Below are positions 40,194-51,697 of a DNA stretch of 64,000 nucleotides, piece after piece. Location: contig NZ_JAQNDL010000001.1 of the NCBI RefSeq assembly GCF_028368995.1, forward strand, positions 928,001-992,000, written 5' to 3'. The position numbers and the translations under genes were made by a program. Positions within the stretch are counted from its first letter, which is position 1, and the number at the start of each line of letters is the position of its first letter. The notes below the pieces were generated by a model that was given only the letters and a program-made list of their open reading frames with translations, did no database searches and had not been told where the DNA came from. Source of the DNA: Nannocystis bainbridge (GTDB lineage Bacteria > Myxococcota_A > Polyangia > Nannocystales > Nannocystaceae).

Positions 40194-40833
40194 CAATAGT
40201 TCACCTCGACCTCGATCCGGGTGCCCGTAGGTCCGGTCTCGATCTCGAACTTGTCCGACAGCCGCTTGGTCCCGAGGATCCCGAGCCCGAGCCCGCTGCG
40301 GCTCTTGTATTTGCCGGACATGATCTCCGGCAGGTTCTTGATGCCGCCGCCCTTGTCGCTGCCGATCACGTGCATGCAGCGGCGGCCGCCCGGGCACGGC
40401 TTGATGACAAGCCTGCCGCCGCCGGCGTAGAGCACCTGGTTGCGCGCCAGCTCGCTGACCACGGTGGCCAGCTTCTGCAGGATCAACGCCGAGGTCCCGA
40501 GCGCCATGCAGATGTCGCGCGCGGCCAGGCGAGCGCGGGCGATGTCCGCCTCGATCTTCACTTCGATCTCGATCGCCTCGATCGTCTTGGGCGAGGCGGC
40601 CCGCGTCAGCTCGGCGAACGCTCTGCGCGACTCGTTCTCGCCGACGAACGAGCGCACGCCCTCGACCAGCCGCGCGATCAGCTGGCTGTCGGTCGCCGGC
40701 CGCCCGCGCAGCTCGGAGCGCGCGCGCAGCAGGATGCCCTGGGCCCGCGCCGTGCCGACGAAGCGCGCCAGCACCGACACCAGCGCGGCGTCGTCCAGGC
40801 CGGGAGCGCCTGGTGGTTTGCCTCGCAGATCGG

Positions 40834-40837
<4 letters not shown>
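40193..40837 (-). CDS. rsbT: RsbT-like kinase with N-terminal extension
   Basis: VVSELARNQVLYAGGG, DKGGGI, GLGLGILGTKRL. Confidence 0.85.
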
Positions 40838-42801
<1,964 letters not shown>

Positions 42802-43037
42802 CGCCGTCTCCTCGCCACGCGCCGCGCGCTGGGTGTCGCCGTCAGACACGAGGCTTGGATTGTAAGGGGGGACGCATCCCCCGTGTGGGATCCTTTTTCG
42901 CGCACGTTCTCCGACCCACCGGCGAGCGCAGCGCACATCGTCCTTCCTCGACCGCGGCTTCGGGACCTCCCCGGCTTCGCCGCGACCTCGCGGTCCGCGT
43001 CCGGGACGGCGCAGCGATTCCCCGCCCTGCTACCGTC

Positions 43038-43685
43038 ATGTGCGTGTGGCTCGCCCTGCTCACCCGCCTGCTCGCGGTCCCGGAGCTCGACGCCGCCGCG
43101 CTGCGTGACGGCGACATCCTGCTCCACACCTCGCGCAGCGCGCAGGCCGTCGCCGTCGCCGCCGCCACCGCCAGCCCCTACACCCACGTCGGCATCGTCG
43201 ACCGCATTGGCGACGACGCCTTCGTGATCGAGGCCGTCGGCCCGACCCGCCGGACCCCGCTGTCCGAGTGGCTGGCCCGGGGCGCCGGCGGCAAGGCCAC
43301 CGCGGTGCGCCACCCCGGGCTCGACGCGGCCGCGCGCGCCGCCGTGGTGGCCGCCGCCACCAGCTACCTCGGGCGCCCTTATGACCTGTCCTTTACGCCA
43401 GGTGACGACGCCCTCTACTGTAGCGAACTGGTGACGCTCGCCTACGCCGCCGTCGACGTCGCGGTGGGTACGTGGCGCCCTCTGGGGGATCTCGCACTCG
43501 ACGACCCGGCCACGCGCCGACTGCTGAAGCGTCGCTGGCGAGCGCACCCGGCCTGCCGCGGCGCGCCCTCGCTCGCCGCGTGTCGGCCGGCGCTCGCAGC
43601 AGTCCCGGTCGTCACGCCGGAAAGCCTGGCGGCCGACCCTCGCTTGCGGATCGTCGGCACCAGCTACCTTCTCCGACCTCGCTGA
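43038..43685 (+). CDS. YiiX/YebB-like permuted NlpC/P60 cysteine hydrolase
   Basis: GDIL, THVGIV, IEA, LGRPYD, YCSELV. Confidence 0.88.
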   Translation: MCVWLALLTRLLAVPELDAAALRDGDILLHTSRSAQAVAVAAATASPYTHVGIVDRIGDDAFVIEAVGPTRRTPLSEWLARGAGGKATAVRHPGLDAAARAAVVAAATSYLGRPYDLSFTPGDDALYCSELVTLAYAAVDVAVGTWRPLGDLALDDPATRRLLKRRWRAHPACRGAPSLAACRPALAAVPVVTPESLAADPRLRIVGTSYLLRPR

Positions 43686-43865
43686 AGCATCACGAGAGAT
43701 CTCATCACCGCGGCGTGCGGCCGCGCGCCGCGCCGACGGCTGCCCCGCACGGCTCGGCGACGGCGGCGAAGCTCCGCCGCTCCGCGAACACCGCTCCGGC
43801 GACCCGCCGCACTCGCCCTCGGCCCGCGCGGCGCCGCATCACGGCCCGTGTGGCACCATCCGACG

Positions 43866-45521
43866 ATGTCCCGCCGCCTCGTCGACCTCGCCCGCGATCT
43901 CGGCATCGACCCCGAGAACCGCGCCTACGTCCCCTATGGCCACGACTTCGCCAAGATCGACACCGTCGCCGCCGGCGAGGGCTCGGCGCACGGCAACCTC
44001 GTGGTCGTCTCCGCCGTCACCCCGACGCCGCTCGGCGAGGGCAAGACCGTCACCTCGATCTCGCTCGGCATGGGCCTGTCGCGGATCGGCGAGCCCGCGC
44101 TCGCGTGCCTGCGTCAGCCCTCGCTCGGCCCGGTGTTCGGGGCCAAGGGCGGCGGCGCCGGCGGCGGCAAGGCGCAGGTCGTGCCCGCCGATCGCATCAA
44201 CCTCGGCGGCACCGGCGACGGCCAGGCCGTCGGCGCCGCGCACAACCTGCTCGCCGCCATGCTCGACGCGCATCTGCGCCACGGCAACCCGCTCAAGGTC
44301 GACCCGGCACGCATCGCCTTCTCGCGGGTCACTCCCGTCAACGACGGCAGCCTGCGCAAGGTCATCACCGGCCTGGGCGGCCCGCTCAACGGCGTCCCGC
44401 GCGAGTCCTTCTTCGAGATCAACGAGGCCAGCGAGGTCATGGCGATCCTCGCCCTCGCCCGCGATCGCGGCGACCTCCGCAAGCGCCTCGGCAACATCGT
44501 CCTCGGGCCCGACCAGGGCGGCGCGCCGGTGCGGGCCGAGCAGCTCGGCGCGGCCGGGGCCATGAGCGTGCTCCTGCGCGACGCCCTCTACCCCACCCTC
44601 GCGCGCACCAGCGAGGGCACGCCCGTGCTGCTGCACGCCGGCCCGTTCGCCAACATCGCCCACGGCAACAGCAGCCTGATCGCCACCCGCTGGGCCCTCA
44701 CGCGCTCGCCATGGGTCGTCACCGAGTGCGGCTTCGGCAGCGACCTCGGACTCGAGAAGTTCGTCCACATCAAAGCCCGCCTCGGCAACCTGCGGCCCGC
44801 CTGCGTCGTCGTCGTCTGCACCGTGCGCGCGCTCAAGGTCCACGCCGGCCTGGCCAAGGCCGTGCTCGGCAAGCCGCTCGACCAGGCCGTGCTCACCGAG
44901 GACGTGAGCGCCGTCGAGAAGGGCGCCGCCAACCTGCGGCATCACCTGCGGATCGCCACCAATTTCGGCCCGCCGGTGGTCGTCGCGCTCAACCGCTTCC
45001 CGACCGACACGGACGCCGAGATCGCGGTCGTCGAGGGCATCGCCCGCGAGTTCGGGGCCGGCTTCGCCGTGCACACCGGCTTCGCCGACGGCGGCGCCGG
45101 GGCCGAGGATCTGGCGCGCGCCGTCGTCAAGGCCGCCCGCCCCACCGACCTGCGCTACCAGTACGAAGGCACAGGTCCGCTCGCCGCCCGGCTCGAGAGC
45201 CTGGCCAAAAACGTCTACGGCGCCACCGGCATCGAGCTGGCCCCCGCCGCCCGCACGCGCCTGGCCCAGCTCGAGAAGTGGGGCCTCGGCGAGCTGCAGC
45301 TGTGCGTCGCCAAGACCCACCTCGCCACCACCCACGACCCGGCCGACGGCGGCCTGCCGAAGCCGTTCGTCCTGCCGGTGCGCGACATCCTGGTCCGCGC
45401 CGGCGCCGGCTTCGCCACCGTGCTGACCGGCGAGCTCACCACCTTGCCGGCCCTGGGCGCCCGCCCCAACGCCGTCGACATGGACCTCGACCCCGCCACC
45501 GGCGCCGCCATCGGACTCTAG
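43866..45521 (+). CDS. fhs: Formate-tetrahydrofolate ligase (divergent)
   Basis: TPTPLGEGKT, LRQPSLGP, HAGPFANIAHG, GFGSDLGLEKF. Confidence 0.9.
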   Translation: MSRRLVDLARDLGIDPENRAYVPYGHDFAKIDTVAAGEGSAHGNLVVVSAVTPTPLGEGKTVTSISLGMGLSRIGEPALACLRQPSLGPVFGAKGGGAGGGKAQVVPADRINLGGTGDGQAVGAAHNLLAAMLDAHLRHGNPLKVDPARIAFSRVTPVNDGSLRKVITGLGGPLNGVPRESFFEINEASEVMAILALARDRGDLRKRLGNIVLGPDQGGAPVRAEQLGAAGAMSVLLRDALYPTLARTSEGTPVLLHAGPFANIAHGNSSLIATRWALTRSPWVVTECGFGSDLGLEKFVHIKARLGNLRPACVVVVCTVRALKVHAGLAKAVLGKPLDQAVLTEDVSAVEKGAANLRHHLRIATNFGPPVVVALNRFPTDTDAEIAVVEGIAREFGAGFAVHTGFADGGAGAEDLARAVVKAARPTDLRYQYEGTGPLAARLESLAKNVYGATGIELAPAARTRLAQLEKWGLGELQLCVAKTHLATTHDPADGGLPKPFVLPVRDILVRAGAGFATVLTGELTTLPALGARPNAVDMDLDPATGAAIGL

Positions 45522-45598
45522 ACCTGTCCCTAAGGGCATGCTCTCCAGGGCATGCCCTCAGCGCCATGTTCGCGGGGACATGTCCCCGCGGACAGGCG
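45521..45598. repeat. 14-bp-period array (6 units)
   Basis: Cores 45523, 45537, 45551, 45565, 45579, 45593; fills almost the whole convergent gap. Confidence 0.93.
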
Positions 45599-45601
45599 GC
45601 T

Positions 45602-46624
45602 TCAGCCCTCGTGGATCGACAGCACGAACTTGCCGGCCTGCCCGCCGACCCCGTCGACCACCACGATCACCGGCTGGCCGCCGAGCAGGAACACCGCCGT
45701 CGCCGGCAGCAGCCCGTTGGAGTCGTCGTTGCAGGCCATCTCGCTGCCCTGGCACGACCCGTCGAGCAGGTACAGCACCGGGTCGAAGTCGGCGTCGATC
45801 ACCTCGAACACGAACACCCCGTCGAACGGCGCCGTCCACTGCGCCTCGATCTCCGGCGACTCGAAGCCGTTGCAGCTGCCGCCGCGCACGTTGGTCGCCC
45901 CGGCCGTCTGGCCGTCGATCGTCAGCGGCACGAACGGGTCGAACACCGTATCGGGGCACTCGTCGACCACCGGCACCTGGGTGATGTTGTAGACCACGTC
46001 GGCGCTGCTCTGGCCGAAGCTGTCGATCACCAGCGTCACCGTCTGGCCGACGACCAGGTCGACCTCGACCTTCGAGGTCAGGCTGCCGCCGCCGTCGTCG
46101 TCGCAGGCCAGCTCGTTGCCGAAGCAGACCCCGTCGAGCACGGCGATGAGCGAGTCGAAGCTCGAGCCCATGGTGTCGAACTGGAACCGACCCGTGACCG
46201 GCGCCGTCCACACCACCTCGAGATCGGTCCCGCCGACCCCGCCGCAGCTGAGCGAGAAGTCATCGCCCTTGGCCTGCAGCGAGTCGACCTGATGGATCGG
46301 CACCGTCGCCGGCAGGACGATGCTGCCGCACTCGTTCGGCCCCTCGGTCGTCACCGTGGCGGTGATCGTGGGATCGCTCGTGATCGTCGTCTCGGTGTCC
46401 GACGTGATCGTCGGCTGGACCGTCGTCGGGCTGACCGTCGTCGGGCTGACCGTCGTCGGGCTCAGCGTCGTCGGGCTCAGCGTCGGCCCGGCGGTCTCCG
46501 ATTCGGTCGACGGGTCGAACGTATCGCCGTCGCTCTCGGTGCCGGGGAAGAAGCCGAACCGGTGTTCGTTGCAACCCGCGAGCACGAGCCCGCAGGTCAG
46601 GACGGAACGGAGGCCGCGTCGCAT
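45602..46624 (-). CDS. Lipoprotein with two PPC-like domains and PTT(L/V)S repeats
   Basis: LAGC lipobox; 15-bp tandem repeats at ~46421-46480; WTAP..ACDDD/ACNDD. Confidence 0.75.
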   Translation of the reverse strand: MRRGLRSVLTCGLVLAGCNEHRFGFFPGTESDGDTFDPSTESETAGPTLSPTTLSPTTVSPTTVSPTTVQPTITSDTETTITSDPTITATVTTEGPNECGSIVLPATVPIHQVDSLQAKGDDFSLSCGGVGGTDLEVVWTAPVTGRFQFDTMGSSFDSLIAVLDGVCFGNELACDDDGGGSLTSKVEVDLVVGQTVTLVIDSFGQSSADVVYNITQVPVVDECPDTVFDPFVPLTIDGQTAGATNVRGGSCNGFESPEIEAQWTAPFDGVFVFEVIDADFDPVLYLLDGSCQGSEMACNDDSNGLLPATAVFLLGGQPVIVVVDGVGGQAGKFVLSIHEG

Positions 46625-46682
46625 AAGCCAGGGATACGCCGACGATACCACAGCCGCCGGCGCGTCCCAAGCCAGCGGCCGG

Positions 46683-46994
46683 CTAGTTCGTCAGGATTCG
46701 ATTGAGCTTGTCGATGACCCGGCGGAACTCGTCGACTGCCTCGGTGTGGCCGTTGACCTCGTCGAGCGGGTAGGTCTTGAACTGCTTGGTGACGGCCGAG
46801 TAGCCGAAGTTGCCGATGCCCACGTCGGCGAACTTGGCCGACAGGTAGTTGATGTCCAGCGGCTTGTAGCCCGACCCGTACGCCCCGACGTGCAGGTGCG
46901 TGTTATTGCTCGAGTCACCGAAGTGATACAGGTACCCGTCGGTAGCCTTGACGAAGCCCAGCTCCTCCAGATCGCGCTTATTGACCTTTGGCAT
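46683..46994 (-). CDS. Small hypothetical protein
   Basis: GGAGG RBS, protein-like composition, lower GC. Confidence 0.7.
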   Translation of the reverse strand: MPKVNKRDLEELGFVKATDGYLYHFGDSSNNTHLHVGAYGSGYKPLDINYLSAKFADVGIGNFGYSAVTKQFKTYPLDEVNGHTEAVDEFRRVIDKLNRILTN

Positions 46995-47141
46995 CTACCA
47001 CCCTCCGTTGATTCGCCGGGCACCCTAGCCGATAGCTGCCGGCTTGTCGCCGGTCGAGAACGCACGTGCGCGGGCGAAACCGCCGGCTCTGGCGCCCGCT
47101 CCAAGCCGCATCGGGGTTACCCTCGACGACCAGGACCGCGC

Positions 47142-48038
47142 ATGCAGCTCCAGATCCGCAACCTCTCGAAGACCTATCCCAACGGTGTCCGTGCCTTGCG
47201 CGGAGTCGACCTCACGATCGGGCCCGGCATGTTCGGCCTGCTCGGGCCCAACGGCGCCGGCAAATCGAGCCTCATGCGCACAATTGCGACGTTGCAAGAT
47301 CCCGACGCCGGCAGCGTGCGCTTCGGCGACATCGACGTCCTCACTCAAAAAGATCGCCTGCGCAGCGTCCTCGGCTACCTCCCGCAGGAGTTCGGCCTCT
47401 ACCCCAACCTCAGCGCCGAGGCGATCCTCGATCACTTCGCGGTCCTCAAGGGCATCGTCGACACCAAGCAGCGCAAGGCCCAGTGCGCCGCTCTGCTCGA
47501 GCAGACCAACCTCACCGCCGCGCGCAAGAACGCCGTGGGCGGCTACTCCGGCGGCATGAAGCAGCGGCTCGGCATCGCCATCGCGTTGCTCGGCAAGCCG
47601 CAGCTCGTCATCGTCGACGAGCCGACCGCCGGCCTCGACCCGACCGAGCGCCACCGCTTCCTCAACCTGCTGGCCGACATCGGTGACGACGTCGTCGTCA
47701 TCCTCAGCACCCACATCGTCGAGGACGTGCGCGAGCTGTGCAGTCAGTTCGCCATCATCGCCGCCGGCGAGGTCAAGTTCAGCGGCGCGCCGGCGGCCGT
47801 GATCGAGGGCCTGCGCGGCAAGATCTGGCGCCGCGTCGTCGCCCGGGCCGAGCTCGAGGACATGCAGCGCAAGCTCCGCGTCATCTCGACCCGGCTCGTC
47901 ACCGGGCGCCCCGTCATTCACGTGTTCCACGACGGCTCGCCCGGGCCCGAGTTCGAGGCCGTCGAGCCCGACCTCGAGGACGTGTACTTCTACCACATCA
48001 CCGGCGCCGCCCAGGGCGCCGCCTCGGAGGCGGCATGA
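47142..48038 (+). CDS. ABC transporter ATP-binding protein
   Basis: GPNGAGKS, YSGGMKQR, VDEPTAGLDP. Confidence 0.96.
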   Translation: MQLQIRNLSKTYPNGVRALRGVDLTIGPGMFGLLGPNGAGKSSLMRTIATLQDPDAGSVRFGDIDVLTQKDRLRSVLGYLPQEFGLYPNLSAEAILDHFAVLKGIVDTKQRKAQCAALLEQTNLTAARKNAVGGYSGGMKQRLGIAIALLGKPQLVIVDEPTAGLDPTERHRFLNLLADIGDDVVVILSTHIVEDVRELCSQFAIIAAGEVKFSGAPAAVIEGLRGKIWRRVVARAELEDMQRKLRVISTRLVTGRPVIHVFHDGSPGPEFEAVEPDLEDVYFYHITGAAQGAASEAA

Positions 48039-51000
48039 GCCAGCTGCTCAGCTTCGCCGGCTTCGAGGTCCGCTACCACCTGCGGCGGCCGGTCACCTAC
48101 GTGTTCGCGTTCGCCATGGCGCTGTTCGGCTTCCTCGCCATGACCACCGAGGTGGTCCGCTTCGGCGGCGCCGGCGGCAAGGTGTTGAACAACGCCCCGT
48201 GGCTGATCAGCACCGCCGTCATGGTCTTCACCCTGATCGGCACCATCTTCACCTCGGCGATCGCCGGCACCGCGGTGCTGCGCGACTTCGAGTTCAAGAC
48301 CCACGAGCTGCTGTTCACCACCCGCCTGCGCAAGCCGGCCTTCGTGTTCGGCCGCTTCCTCGGCTCCTACCTCGTCACCGTCCTCGTGCTCGCCTGCAGC
48401 GCTTTCGGCCTGTGGCTCGGCGCGCACATGCCCTGGCTCGACGCCGAAAAGATCGGCGCCGTCCCGCTCGGCACCTACGTCTGGCCGGTCCTCCTCTACG
48501 TCGTCCCGACCGGCCTGTTCGCCAGCGCCCTGTTCTTCGCCGTCGGCGTGCTGACCCGCAGCTTCGTCGCCGTCTACATCCAGGGCGTCGTCCTCTTCAT
48601 CGGCTACTCGATCGCCAACAACATCATCAGCGACATCGAGCAGGAGCGGCTGGCCGCGCTGCTCGACCCGTTCGGCTTCAACGCCACCAACCTCGTCAAC
48701 CGCTACTGGACCGTCGCCGAGAAGAACAGCCTGCTGCTGCCGCTCGACGGCGTGCTGCTGCTCAACCGCCTGCTGTGGGTCGGCCTCGGCGTCGTCATCC
48801 TGCTCGTCGCCTACCGCATGTTCCGCATGGAGGCCGCGACGCGCACGCGCAAGGCCGGCAAGGCGCGCGAGGTCGAGGCCGACATGCCTGCGGTGCGGGC
48901 TCCGGCCGTGCTCCCGCGCGTCACCCCGATCGCCGGCGCGCGCGCCGACCTCGCCCGCGTCGGCGCCCTCGTGCGGCTCCACTATCGCAGCATCGTCCGC
49001 GACCGCGCCTTCCTGGCCCTCGGCGTCATCGCCGTGTTGATGACCGTCATCAACGCCTTCTACGCCGACCTCATGTACGGCACCACCGTCTACCCGGTGA
49101 CCTACGCCATGGTCGAGGTCATCGCCGGCGCCGGCCTGTTCTTCGTCATCATCTCCGCGCTGTACGCCGGCGAGCTGGTGTGGCGCGAGCGCGGCCTCAA
49201 GTGCGACCAGCTGCTCGACGCCACGCCGACCAACAGCCCGCTGGTGTTCTTCAGCAAGGTCGGCGCGCTCCTGGCCGTCGAGGCGACCCTGTGCGGCGCG
49301 CTCATCCTCGCCGGCATCGCCGTGCAGGCGCTCAAGGGCTACGGCCACTTCGAGCTCGACGTCTACCTCGGCTTCATCTACGGCGTCGCCTTCCCCGGCA
49401 TCACCCTCCTCACCCTGCTCGCCTTCTTCATCCACGTCGTCGTCGACCAGAAGCTCGTCGCCAACGGCCTCATCATCGCCTACTACGTGGTGACGCTGGT
49501 CCTCAGCTACTGGGGCGTGCACGACAACCTGTTCCGCTACAGCCAGTTCCCCGACCCCGTCTACAGCGACATGAACCGCTACGGCCCGAGCATGGGCGCG
49601 TGGCTGTCGTTCATGGCCTACTACTTCGCCTTCGCCGGCCTCATGCTGGCGGTCGCCCGCCTGTTCCTCGTGCGCGGCCAGGTCCACGGCCTGCGGGCCC
49701 GCCTGCGCCTGGCTCGCGCGCGCATCAACCCGCGCTGGCTCGCGGTCACCGGCGGCCTGCTGGCCGTCTTCATCGGCCTGTTCGCCTTCATCCGCCACAA
49801 CACCCACGGCCTCAACCGCTTCCGTGACCAGGACGACGACGAGGAGCTGCAGGCGAGGTACGAGCGCGAGTACAAGCAATACGAGAAGCTGCCGCAGCCG
49901 CGCATCGTCGCCGCCGACGTGCGCGTCGACCTCGATCCCGCGCGCGGCCACGGCGTCTTCAAGGGCACCCTGCGCCTGGCCAACAAGTCAGGTGTGGCCA
50001 TTCCCACCGTCCACCTGACCCTGCGCGATCAGCTGACGATCCGCGAGCTCCGCTTCGATCGCCCGTCCGAGGTCGAGCGCGACGACGAGCACCTGCGCTA
50101 CATCATCCACCGCCTGGCCGAGCCGCTCGCGCCCGGCGCCGAGATGACCCTGCACTTCGAGTTCGCCGACCAGCGCGAGGGCTTCGGCAACCGCGGTCGT
50201 GACACCGCCATCGTCGCCAACGGCAGCTTCGTGTCGAGCGACGGCATCGCCCCGAGCATCGGCTACAACCGCGGCCTCGAGCTCGACAACGACGACGACC
50301 GCAAGCAGCACGACCTGCCCGAGCGCGAGCGCATGCCCTCGATCGACGACGAGGCCGCGCGGGTCAACACGTACATCGGCCACGACTCCGACTGGATCGA
50401 TTTCCGCGGGACCGTGTGCACCGACCCCGACCAGATCGCCATCGCCCCCGGCTACTTGCAGAAGGAGTGGACCGAGGACGGCCGGCGCTGCTTCGCCTAC
50501 GCGATGGACAGCAAGATCCTCAACTTCTACTCCTTCCTGTCCGCCCGCTACGAGGTCCGGCGCGACAAGTGGAAGGACGTCGACATCGAGATCTACTACC
50601 ACCCCGGCCACGAGTACAACCTCGACCGCATGGTCGACGCGATCAAGAAGTCGCTCGACTACTTCACCGCCAACTTCAGCCCGTACCAGCACCGTCAGGT
50701 CCGGATCCTCGAGTTCCCGCGCTACGCCAGCTTCGCCCAGTCGTTCCCCAACACGATCCCCTACTCCGAGGCGATCGGCTTCATCGCCCGCGTCCGCCCC
50801 GGCGACCCCGAGGACATCGACTACCCGTTCTACGTCACCGCCCACGAGGTCGCGCACCAGTGGTGGGCCCACCAGGTCATCGGCGCCAACGTCCAGGGCG
50901 CCACCATGCTGTCCGAGTCGCTGTCACAGTACTCGGCGCTGAAGGTCCTGGAGAAGGAGTACGGCAAGGACAAGATGCACAAGTTCCTCGCCTACGAGCT

Positions 51001-51619
51001 CAAGGGCTACCTGGCCGGCCGCAGCAACGAGCGGAAGAAAGAGCTGCCGCTGATGCGCAACGAGAACCAGCAGTACATCCACTACCAGAAGGGTTCGCTG
51101 GTGTGGTACGCGCTGGCCGACTACATCGGCGAGGACGTCCTGAACGCCGCCCTGGCCCGCTACGTCAAGCAGGTCGCGTTCCAGAGCGCGCCCTTCACCA
51201 CCACCAAGGAGCTGGTCGCCATCCTCAAGGAGGTCACCCCGCCGGACTATCAGTACGTGATCGAGGACATGTTCGAGACGATCACGCTCTACGACAACAA
51301 GGTCGTGTCCGCCGAGGTCACCCCCGAGGGCGCCAAGTACAAGGTCCGCTTCACTGTCTCCGCTCGCAAGCTGCGCGCCTCGGAGCTCGGCGAGGAGACC
51401 GAGGTGCCGGTGGCCGACTTCATCGACGTCGCCGTGTTCGCCGCCCCCGCCCCCGGCGACATCGACCTCGGCAAGCCGCTGTTCTTCGAGCGCCGCAAGC
51501 TGACCGGCGGCGACAACGTGATCGAGGTCGTCGTCGACGAGCTGCCCGCGCGCGTCGGCATCGATCCTTACAACAAGCTCATCGACCGCGCCCCGCGGGA
51601 CAACCGCATGGGCGTGTGA
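48035..51619 (+). CDS. ABC-2 permease fused to M1 aminopeptidase domain
   Basis: Two TM blocks; HEVAHQWW..SES..Y.KG. Confidence 0.92.
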   Translation: MSQLLSFAGFEVRYHLRRPVTYVFAFAMALFGFLAMTTEVVRFGGAGGKVLNNAPWLISTAVMVFTLIGTIFTSAIAGTAVLRDFEFKTHELLFTTRLRKPAFVFGRFLGSYLVTVLVLACSAFGLWLGAHMPWLDAEKIGAVPLGTYVWPVLLYVVPTGLFASALFFAVGVLTRSFVAVYIQGVVLFIGYSIANNIISDIEQERLAALLDPFGFNATNLVNRYWTVAEKNSLLLPLDGVLLLNRLLWVGLGVVILLVAYRMFRMEAATRTRKAGKAREVEADMPAVRAPAVLPRVTPIAGARADLARVGALVRLHYRSIVRDRAFLALGVIAVLMTVINAFYADLMYGTTVYPVTYAMVEVIAGAGLFFVIISALYAGELVWRERGLKCDQLLDATPTNSPLVFFSKVGALLAVEATLCGALILAGIAVQALKGYGHFELDVYLGFIYGVAFPGITLLTLLAFFIHVVVDQKLVANGLIIAYYVVTLVLSYWGVHDNLFRYSQFPDPVYSDMNRYGPSMGAWLSFMAYYFAFAGLMLAVARLFLVRGQVHGLRARLRLARARINPRWLAVTGGLLAVFIGLFAFIRHNTHGLNRFRDQDDDEELQARYEREYKQYEKLPQPRIVAADVRVDLDPARGHGVFKGTLRLANKSGVAIPTVHLTLRDQLTIRELRFDRPSEVERDDEHLRYIIHRLAEPLAPGAEMTLHFEFADQREGFGNRGRDTAIVANGSFVSSDGIAPSIGYNRGLELDNDDDRKQHDLPERERMPSIDDEAARVNTYIGHDSDWIDFRGTVCTDPDQIAIAPGYLQKEWTEDGRRCFAYAMDSKILNFYSFLSARYEVRRDKWKDVDIEIYYHPGHEYNLDRMVDAIKKSLDYFTANFSPYQHRQVRILEFPRYASFAQSFPNTIPYSEAIGFIARVRPGDPEDIDYPFYVTAHEVAHQWWAHQVIGANVQGATMLSESLSQYSALKVLEKEYGKDKMHKFLAYELKGYLAGRSNERKKELPLMRNENQQYIHYQKGSLVWYALADYIGEDVLNAALARYVKQVAFQSAPFTTTKELVAILKEVTPPDYQYVIEDMFETITLYDNKVVSAEVTPEGAKYKVRFTVSARKLRASELGEETEVPVADFIDVAVFAAPAPGDIDLGKPLFFERRKLTGGDNVIEVVVDELPARVGIDPYNKLIDRAPRDNRMGV

Positions 51620-51624
51620 ACCGC

Positions 51625-51666
51625 GAGCCCCGTTCGCGCCGGCACGGGCCGGCGCGCGCGGGGCTC
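51625..51666. terminator. GC hairpin between convergent genes
   Basis: gagccccg-tt-cgcgccggc-acgg-gccggcgcg-cg-cggggctc; no U tract. Confidence 0.5.
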
Positions 51667-51697
51667 AGGACGTCGGGCTCCGCGGCGTCCGACGAAC

